Below are positions 57,258-64,000 of a DNA stretch of 64,000 nt, piece by piece (position 1 is the first letter of the stretch; every line of letters begins with the position of its first letter). Both the position numbers and the translations under genes were made by a program. This stretch comes from Candidatus Bathyarchaeota archaeon (GTDB lineage Archaea; Thermoproteota; Bathyarchaeia; Bathyarchaeales; Bathycorpusculaceae), in assembly GCA_963828195.1 (NCBI GenBank), contig CAWHDT010000004.1:1-64000 (forward strand), in the 5' to 3' direction. The notes below the pieces were generated by a model. It was not told the origin of the DNA and did no database searches. It worked only from the letters and a program-made list of their open reading frames with translations.

Positions 57258-58427
57258 TTAAATCAAGTTGTAAGAAGCTAAATTTTCTTTAGTGAACCAG
57301 ACTCTGTCGTCGGGTTGTGCCCAAACAGAAAATTTTTTCCCAAACAAGACTGCCAAGATAGAAATGAAAAGCAAGATGTTGTTTTCAACAACCTGATAAA
57401 CATAAAACCTTGCTTGAGGGACAAAAAGCAATAAAGAGGAAAACAACAGCAAAGGATAAGATAGCACTAAATAGCTCGATAGAACCAAAAAAATTGCAAA
57501 TGCAATTGGCGAGAACAAATAGAGAAGCATGTTTGGGATAACTGTGCTCTTTGTTGACTTAATTTTTCCCTTGACCAGTAGATCAAGGTATTTCGAGAAC
57601 ACTCTTATCAGCTGGTTTATGCGCCTAAGCTTAATACCGATTTTTCCGCGAAAAGTTGCAGGGAAACTTGAGTAAAATTTTGCGTCTTTTACGAGCATAG
57701 CACGATAGTTCTTTTCGATAACGCTAATAATGGTGCCACAGTCGTCTGAACCTGTTCCGTAAGGATCGAACTTACCAAGAGCCTCCTTCTTGAAGGCGCT
57801 AAAACCTCCTTCAAAAAAAACGGTAGACCCACATTTAGATTCTCCGACCCTTAGATAATTGGCAGATTTTAGATAACTTTCTTCCATTCTAGTAATCCAA
57901 GTTTGACTTGAATTAAAAAGAATTTTTGGTCCGGCGATAGCTCCAACTGTTGGGTCAGCTAAATAGGGCAAGGATTTTTCAAGGATATCTGACGGCCAGA
58001 AGCAATCTGCATCTGAAATTATTACTACGTCGCCTTTGCAATATCCTAATGCGTTGTTTAAGGCGTGGGATTTTCCTTTTCTTTCGCTTTCAACTATGAG
58101 TTTGATGTTCGAGTTTTTTTGTTTTTCTGAAAAGTCTCGCACTATTTTAGCAGTATCATCGGTGGAGTTGCTGTCTACAACAACGATTTCCATAAGTTCT
58201 TTAGGATATGACAGTCTAATGGAATTATCCAGCTTATACCCGATGATGCCAGCTTCATTGTACGTTGGAATAATAATTGAAACCTTAGGTTTGTAGGCAG
58301 AATCAACCTTCGTTGGCCAAGATGCCTTAGACTTATGCTTCATGTACAGAAAAATAAAGGCAGGAGGACCAAGAGCTAGAAAGCCAAACAAAAACCAGAC
58401 TGCTAAGAAAAAAATCATAAGCTCCAC
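57258..58427 (-). CDS. Membrane GT2 (cellulose-synthase-like) glycosyltransferase
   Basis: N-terminal TM, IPTYNE, VVDSNSTD, GKSHALN, SDAD, C-terminal TMs. Confidence 0.9.
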   Translation of the reverse strand: MELMIFFLAVWFLFGFLALGPPAFIFLYMKHKSKASWPTKVDSAYKPKVSIIIPTYNEAGIIGYKLDNSIRLSYPKELMEIVVVDSNSTDDTAKIVRDFSEKQKNSNIKLIVESERKGKSHALNNALGYCKGDVVIISDADCFWPSDILEKSLPYLADPTVGAIAGPKILFNSSQTWITRMEESYLKSANYLRVGESKCGSTVFFEGGFSAFKKEALGKFDPYGTGSDDCGTIISVIEKNYRAMLVKDAKFYSSFPATFRGKIGIKLRRINQLIRVFSKYLDLLVKGKIKSTKSTVIPNMLLYLFSPIAFAIFLVLSSYLVLSYPLLLFSSLLLFVPQARFYVYQVVENNILLFISILAVLFGKKFSVWAQPDDRVWFTKENLASYNLI

Positions 58428-58533
58428 TCATTTTTTTACAAAAAAGACAAATGCTAACTCCAACGTTTCAAAGTAATTGCTTAGCAGTGATTTTCATATG
58501 CTGATCGGTTTTTTTCCAGTATAATGGTGAGGT

Positions 58534-59466
58534 TTATTTTTCCATGAAAGGTGGAAGAACGTCCCCTGAAATGTCTGTGTAGGTTTTCAGCATTTTTAGT
58601 TGCAAACCCCAAGTGATCGAGTGCATAGTGTGGCTGTAATGCGGAAAGCCCTTTTTCATTTCTGCTAATGTAGCGCCGTCTTCGATTATGTTTATGTCTT
58701 CTGCCTCACCGATCTTTTCTTTTGCTGCCAAAGCGAGGTATGGAACTTTTTTAGGATTGAAACTCATTATTTTTGATGCCACAAAATCATTTGTTAATGG
58801 ATTATCGCTTGCTATTATGGCGCCCAATTTCTTCGGACACTTTCCCCGGCAGATTAAGCCGTCAACCACAACAATGTTTGATTTTACAATCTTGTTCGCT
58901 GCAACAATCACATTCACGATGTTACTGTGATAGGAGTATTTTCTAGGTTTTGAGATTGCACCGAAAATGTTTTTCATCGCACAAGTAACGCCGATAAAAT
59001 TGTGAGTTTTAAGCTTAGGCACGTTTATGATTAAATCAGCGTTCAATAGATCCTCGTTAAACGGCAAGGTAACTTCGTTCCCGCCGACCGTAACAGTCTT
59101 TTCAACAATGTTTCCTTCACTAAGGTTCTTCAATGCCACATTGCTTTTTCTGCATAACTCGTCGTAGCCTAAAATCTTAAAAGCGTATTTCGTTTTCATC
59201 GCAGACGCATCAGCTTCAGCCACTGAAATGTTAACTTTTTCACCTATTTTTTCTTGAACGTATTTTATTACCGAACTAACCACTCGGCTATCTGTCGTTT
59301 CCCCTGTTGAGGCGTTCCAGTAATAGCAAAGGTTTGGCTTAATGACAACATTTTTTACTCCACCAAAATCGTAGTTCAAGTCATCAATCGCTTTCCCGAC
59401 CGCATCATCAATTTCATTTACAGGAAAATGATGATTCTCCACTGAGGTAAGAGCAACTTTCGCCAT
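58534..59466 (-). CDS. DUF362 domain protein
   Basis: IKPNLC, TTD, INVPKLKTH, TCAMKN.FG, VVDG. Confidence 0.88.
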   Translation of the reverse strand: MAKVALTSVENHHFPVNEIDDAVGKAIDDLNYDFGGVKNVVIKPNLCYYWNASTGETTDSRVVSSVIKYVQEKIGEKVNISVAEADASAMKTKYAFKILGYDELCRKSNVALKNLSEGNIVEKTVTVGGNEVTLPFNEDLLNADLIINVPKLKTHNFIGVTCAMKNIFGAISKPRKYSYHSNIVNVIVAANKIVKSNIVVVDGLICRGKCPKKLGAIIASDNPLTNDFVASKIMSFNPKKVPYLALAAKEKIGEAEDINIIEDGATLAEMKKGFPHYSHTMHSITWGLQLKMLKTYTDISGDVLPPFMEK

Positions 59467-60596
59467 TATTTAGCCTCATTTAACGGATATTTTGAATCGA
59501 CCATTTGCATTGTTCCTGATGGCTGTTTCTCTAAAATCAGATTATTCAACCGATAAGCCGAATCGATTATTCGCATAACATCCAACTGTTCCTCCAATGA
59601 AACCGGAAAGTCCGAGCCGTTTTTTAGCGCATCAAAAAATAACTCCATAATAGTATAGAAAGAAGAGTAATAGTAAGTATAGGATAGGTAGTTTAGTTTT
59701 TTGCCTGCTACTTTTCGCATGAGATTCAGGGCGCCTTCTTTAGCAGCGTTTTTTATAGGATCAGATGGGAGATAACGGTCAGTAGAATCGAAACCGACTG
59801 TTCCATGCAGGTTAATTCTGAAATTGAAATCTGGGAAAATCGATTTTGAAAACCAGCCAATATTCACAATTCCGGTTGCATTACAGCTTTTTGACTTCAA
59901 TACAATTGTTCCAGCATCTTCCACTGGCAAATGCATCGTATTTTCTAGAGTTGAGTATGCCACATCAAAATCGCCAAGTAACCAGCTTAAAAGATCAATC
60001 AGGTGATAGCCCAAATCCACCAGCGCACCGCCACCTGCCAAATCTTTGCTAAGCCACCATTCAGGAACTGGAACTGGCACAACAGCGTGTGAAATAGGCC
60101 CGTTAAGAACCAATTCAGAAGTGGCTATCAATGGATCGCCTATTGCGCCGTTTTCAAGCTTGTTCTTCAGTTTCTGGACACATGGGAAATACCGGTAATT
60201 GACACCAACCATCATTCGAACCTTTTCTTTCTTGACTTTTCCAACCATATCCTGCGCTTCGGCAAGGTTTCTGGCAATGGGTTTATCCAAAAAAATATCC
60301 AGTCCCTTTTCAGCAGCGTAAAAAACGCCTTCTTTCTTTAAGAAATTAGGCAGCGAAATAATGACAGCGTCCAATTTTTCATTGTCTATTAATTCTGTGT
60401 AATCGTCGTAGGTTTTAACATGGAACCTTTCTGCATATTGACGGTTTTTTTCGCTTTTATCGGCTCCAGCTACAACTTCGACTCCTTCTACACGCATTGC
60501 ATTAAGCATGTGAAGTTGACCCATGTGGCCTAAACCAACAATTCCAACTTTTGTCAAAATTTTCACTCCAAAAATTACAGTTGACTTACTCATCAA
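59466..60596 (-). CDS. Gfo/Idh/MocA family oxidoreductase
   Basis: GIVGLGHMG, DKP variant of the EKP motif, GGGALVDLGYH. Confidence 0.92.
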   Translation of the reverse strand: MMSKSTVIFGVKILTKVGIVGLGHMGQLHMLNAMRVEGVEVVAGADKSEKNRQYAERFHVKTYDDYTELIDNEKLDAVIISLPNFLKKEGVFYAAEKGLDIFLDKPIARNLAEAQDMVGKVKKEKVRMMVGVNYRYFPCVQKLKNKLENGAIGDPLIATSELVLNGPISHAVVPVPVPEWWLSKDLAGGGALVDLGYHLIDLLSWLLGDFDVAYSTLENTMHLPVEDAGTIVLKSKSCNATGIVNIGWFSKSIFPDFNFRINLHGTVGFDSTDRYLPSDPIKNAAKEGALNLMRKVAGKKLNYLSYTYYYSSFYTIMELFFDALKNGSDFPVSLEEQLDVMRIIDSAYRLNNLILEKQPSGTMQMVDSKYPLNEAK

Positions 60597-60661
60597 ATAA
60601 AAAATTACAAAAAAACTTAAAACGATACTATCAAAAAAGAGAAAGTTCAGTTGCTAACTTT

Positions 60662-61429
60662 TCAAAATTTTACGCTTTCGACGAGAATTCTCTTCATTAT
60701 TCCTAAGCCATGTCGAAGCTTGAGCTTTTTTTCACCCAATCTACTCCTGTAGTTAATTGGGATTTCAACAATTCTGTAACCACTTCGCCCAACTACAGCG
60801 TTCATTTCAGCCTCTACGTCGAAGCCTTTGCTCTTGGGTTTCCAAGCGTCAAGTAGCTCACTTCGTACAACACGCAGGCCAGACAGGGGGTCACCGAGGT
60901 TAACACCGTTCATTATCAACTGGGCAAATGCAAACATCTTGTTGCCTAAGTAAAAAGGGTTTGCCACTGATTTGCTATCGTTGAGTTCGCCCTTGAACCT
61001 GTTCCCAATGACCATTCCTACGTCAGGATTTTTCTCTAAAATCTCAACCATTTCAGGGATGTATTCAGCTGGATAAGTATAATCAGCATCGGTAAAAACC
61101 ACATAGGGAACTTTTGAGCCAATGTTGTGGAACCCCTGAAACATAGCGTCGCCCTTGCCAATACCCTCTTGAAGCAGGACATCTGCGCCCATATTTTTGG
61201 CTATTTCAATGGTTCTGTCAACGCTATTGCCGTCTACAACAACCAAGTAGGGCTTATCCAGAACGTCTTGCAATTCACTAATCGTGGGTCCCACTCCATC
61301 TTCTTCATTAAGCGTTGCTATAACCACTGATACTTTTGATCGATGTTCTTCAGCAAAAGTTAAACCTGATCTTTCTCCTTCACTAAATGTTCCTATAATC
61401 ACTGGGGTACTTGAACGAATTTCAGTCAC
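60662..61429 (-). CDS. Dolichol-phosphate glycosyltransferase (DPM/AglJ-like GT2)
   Basis: TLNEE, VVDGNS.DRT, GKG.A, DADYTYP, IGNRF, DPLSGLR, GFDVEAEM. Confidence 0.88.
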   Translation of the reverse strand: MTEIRSSTPVIIGTFSEGERSGLTFAEEHRSKVSVVIATLNEEDGVGPTISELQDVLDKPYLVVVDGNSVDRTIEIAKNMGADVLLQEGIGKGDAMFQGFHNIGSKVPYVVFTDADYTYPAEYIPEMVEILEKNPDVGMVIGNRFKGELNDSKSVANPFYLGNKMFAFAQLIMNGVNLGDPLSGLRVVRSELLDAWKPKSKGFDVEAEMNAVVGRSGYRIVEIPINYRSRLGEKKLKLRHGLGIMKRILVESVKF

Positions 61430-61571
61430 AAAAAAACCTCCAAAAAACCTAAAAATTAGCGTTATGTACTAAGCAGGAAAACAAGCTATTAAAGTCGTAA
61501 GGATTAAATATCTCGAACAATCAGCAGATGTTCTATATCTTTTCAGCAAAATTCCAGAGGAATCCAAGTTA

Positions 61572-62246
61572 TTACTTGTAAAACACTTCTTTATTTCCAA
61601 GGTGACCCTTAGTTTCTACAATGGGTTTCGTTTGATTGCTTAACCATATCTGAGTTTCGCTTCTGAACTCTTCCACTGCCCGTTTCTTAATGTCCAAGTA
61701 ATCTGAAATGTTGACAACTCTCGTTCGGTTACTTAAGAAACCAATCATTTTTTCGAATTTTGGTCCAATGCGCGAAAATTTGTGAGTGATAGAATACTGA
61801 AACACACTATTTTCCAAGTTACGTTTTTGAAGGCAACGTCTAATCACTCTGCTTGCAGATTGATGATCAGGATGCCAGTCTCGCTTTAGTGGGAAATATA
61901 CTTCATCGGGAAAATGCCCTTCTAAGAAAGCAGTTACTGCTTGCTCGACTTCAGGCTCATGTTGTGAAAGAGTATAATCTTCGAAATCAAAGAAAAACAA
62001 GTTGCTCTTCAGCACACCTAAAATGGAAACGGCGTCAGTAACCTCTTTTTTTCGAATTTGCTTTATTTCTTCTGGAGTTGGGTTTGACGTTATGCTTAAA
62101 ACTTTTGAGAATGCATGCCTGCCATCAGTCATGATTACGACAAATACTTTGTAGCCTTCATTGATTCTTTTAGCTATTGTTCCTCCACAACCCAGCGTTT
62201 CATCATCGGGATGGGGAGCAAAAAATATGGCCGTTTTCTCGCTCAT
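61572..62246 (-). CDS. PIG-L family deacetylase
   Basis: APHPDDETLGCGG, TDG, HPDH. Confidence 0.93.
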   Translation of the reverse strand: MSEKTAIFFAPHPDDETLGCGGTIAKRINEGYKVFVVIMTDGRHAFSKVLSITSNPTPEEIKQIRKKEVTDAVSILGVLKSNLFFFDFEDYTLSQHEPEVEQAVTAFLEGHFPDEVYFPLKRDWHPDHQSASRVIRRCLQKRNLENSVFQYSITHKFSRIGPKFEKMIGFLSNRTRVVNISDYLDIKKRAVEEFRSETQIWLSNQTKPIVETKGHLGNKEVFYK

Positions 62247-62291
62247 AATACACGCCTTATTCCAAAAAGTGTAGAGTTAGCGTCTTATTTT

Positions 62292-63410
62292 TTAACTGCT
62301 TTTTTTAAGAGAGATTTTTAGTTTTGTGGCGATGTTCTCAACGGTGTTTCCCCAAGTAACACGATCGTATAGCTCGCTGATTATTTTTTTGTGAACAAGC
62401 CGCACTTCAAAGTTTCTTCTGTAATTGTTGGTCCATTGTTTCTTGTAGGGTTCATCTCCTCTGGTCATATCGTATTCTGTGAAACCCTTTGCTATGCATT
62501 CTCTTAAAAGAAACATAATTATTAAATTTCCAACAGAGAACTCGGAGTACTTTGGAAGAAAACCCGCGAGGTAATAATACATTTTTTTATCATACTCAAA
62601 CGTGTATTGGGCAGCCACGGGTTCTCCGTCTATCCTGAGAAAATAGATGCCCAACCAATTATTCCCCGCAAAAACTTCGGCTACATCCTTGTGAAAATTC
62701 CTAAAGGTTTCCTCAGCGAAGGCTCCAGGCTGACCTTCTGATTTCCACTTCAGCTCATGCAACCCGATGAAAATATTCATCGCTTCTTTAACTGAGAAAC
62801 CGGCTTCATCAAATCTCTTTAGGTCTACAGTATGATTTTCCTGAATTTTTCTAACGTATCGATTTAGGTTTTGCCTCAAATTTCGGCCAAAACTCTTTCT
62901 TAGGCTGTCGAATGTATTTGGCAGCGCAACATACGGACATAGGTTACAGACTCTTTCCTTCGTTTCAAGGTTTAAAGAGGGAGCCATAAACAGTTGTTTT
63001 GAATAATTAATGTTTTCAGGAATCTCTTTTAGTTCAATCCAATCCCAATCTTCTTCTTCAGTAAGATAGTCTAGTATGTACCTCATGAACTCATTTTCTT
63101 TTTTTGAAACGATAAAATTGTTATAATCTGAATGGCGAGCCCCCAGAAATTCGATTTTCTTAATTGAGCCAAAACTTGCCAGTTTGTATTTAGATAACAT
63201 CAGTGGAGCTATTCCCAAAATTTTGTTGTCTTCTTCGACTTTTAAGAGCAAAAGTTTTCTTTGTGCTCCGAAATGCTTCCACCATGTGGATAACCAATCT
63301 ACTGTTAAGAAAACGTTGTTGCCAAACCGGTTTTCTTTAAGGATTTGATCCCACACGTTTCGAATACTTTCAAAATCGTCAACTTCGGTTACTTTCAATG
63401 TATCCTTCAA
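62292..63410 (-). CDS. GNAT family (CelD/BcsL-like) acyltransferase
   Basis: FLT.DWL..WWKHF, GIAPL, SDY, YYYLAG, SVG, YD.TRGDEPYK..W. Confidence 0.88.
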   Translation of the reverse strand: MKDTLKVTEVDDFESIRNVWDQILKENRFGNNVFLTVDWLSTWWKHFGAQRKLLLLKVEEDNKILGIAPLMLSKYKLASFGSIKKIEFLGARHSDYNNFIVSKKENEFMRYILDYLTEEEDWDWIELKEIPENINYSKQLFMAPSLNLETKERVCNLCPYVALPNTFDSLRKSFGRNLRQNLNRYVRKIQENHTVDLKRFDEAGFSVKEAMNIFIGLHELKWKSEGQPGAFAEETFRNFHKDVAEVFAGNNWLGIYFLRIDGEPVAAQYTFEYDKKMYYYLAGFLPKYSEFSVGNLIIMFLLRECIAKGFTEYDMTRGDEPYKKQWTNNYRRNFEVRLVHKKIISELYDRVTWGNTVENIATKLKISLKKSS

Positions 63411-63434
63411 CTCTTCGGAGTTAAAACTGAAGAT

Positions 63435-64000
63435 TTAATGTTCACTGAATAAATGTAAATAGACATTAGCAGCTGTTGTTCTTAAATTATCTTTAAGGGT
63501 TTTACTTGGAAATTGCTTCATGAAATAATCAAATTCCCCAATCGGAGAAAAATGAAAAGTGCCAATTCCTTTTTTATCTGCCAAAGCAACTGCGCCAACT
63601 GATTTCGGAGATAAACCCACCAGTTCTGAAACTGCACTATCTGCCGCCACCACGTCTTCACTGGACATGACCATGTTCAACCGTTTGGTATGCGTCCCAA
63701 TTACAGCCAAACCATCAAGAACCACCAAATGCGTCTTTATCTCTTCATTTATTGCAACGATAGCCTCATCTAGCACCTTGTGGTAGATGAACTTATTTGG
63801 ATAAGCGTTGCATCCAAAGAAGTTTTTTAGCGCACAAGAAATCTTAACCCTTTGCATATATTTCGGCTTAGGAACATTTACCACCAGATCAGCCTCGGAA
63901 AACAATTCAGGTATATGAAACTTGAAGTCTTTACCGTCAAATGTTCTGTTAACGATTTTGTATTTCTCTTCAGTCAAGTTAACCATGTTTACCTTTTTTT
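63435..64000 (-). CDS. DUF362 domain protein (5' part beyond window)
   Basis: VNVPKPK, SCALKNFFG, VLDG, D.VAAD; frame open to the window edge. Confidence 0.82.
   Translation of the reverse strand, partial: KKVNMVNLTEEKYKIVNRTFDGKDFKFHIPELFSEADLVVNVPKPKYMQRVKISCALKNFFGCNAYPNKFIYHKVLDEAIVAINEEIKTHLVVLDGLAVIGTHTKRLNMVMSSEDVVAADSAVSELVGLSPKSVGAVALADKKGIGTFHFSPIGEFDYFMKQFPSKTLKDNLRTTAANVYLHLFSEH

Overview
Archaeal chromosomal DNA, most likely Bathyarchaeia. This assignment is inferred from the gene set: CTP-dependent riboflavin kinase/RbkR, Dph5, RibL, thiolase plus DUF35, short-type PurA, Rpo5, many TTG starts and secreted S/T/P-linker proteins. The left ~35 kb mixes housekeeping genes, cobinamide-salvage genes (cobD, two cbiB), an arsenic-resistance cluster and many secreted or membrane-anchored proteins. 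The arsenic cluster holds ferredoxin-acr3-arsC-hyp-arsC-arsC pseudogene, with divergent arsR-arsM. The right ~28 kb is one minus-strand surface-glycan/EPS locus: several GT2/GT4, WecB, DUF2206, SGNH, O-acetyltransferase, GH5, two DUF362, Gfo/Idh/MocA, PIG-L, GNAT and a 1584-aa repeat surface protein. It ends in a frameshifted exosortase/archaeosortase with fused Zn-ribbon, EpsI-like and winged-helix-like domains. Most notable observations: (1) that sortase fusion, its glycan locus and a PEF-tailed candidate substrate; (2) a stand-alone Rpo5 carrying a eukaryote RPB5-like N-terminal jaw domain; (3) a dispersed intergenic double-hairpin repeat in four copies, always co-oriented with the downstream gene; (4) a ~100-nt candidate small RNA with TATA box, long stem and U-tract; (5) an unannotated divergent pair of paralogous RHH-like mini-genes. 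No rRNA, tRNA, CRISPR array or transposase was recognised. All family calls come from motif recognition by eye, not database searches.
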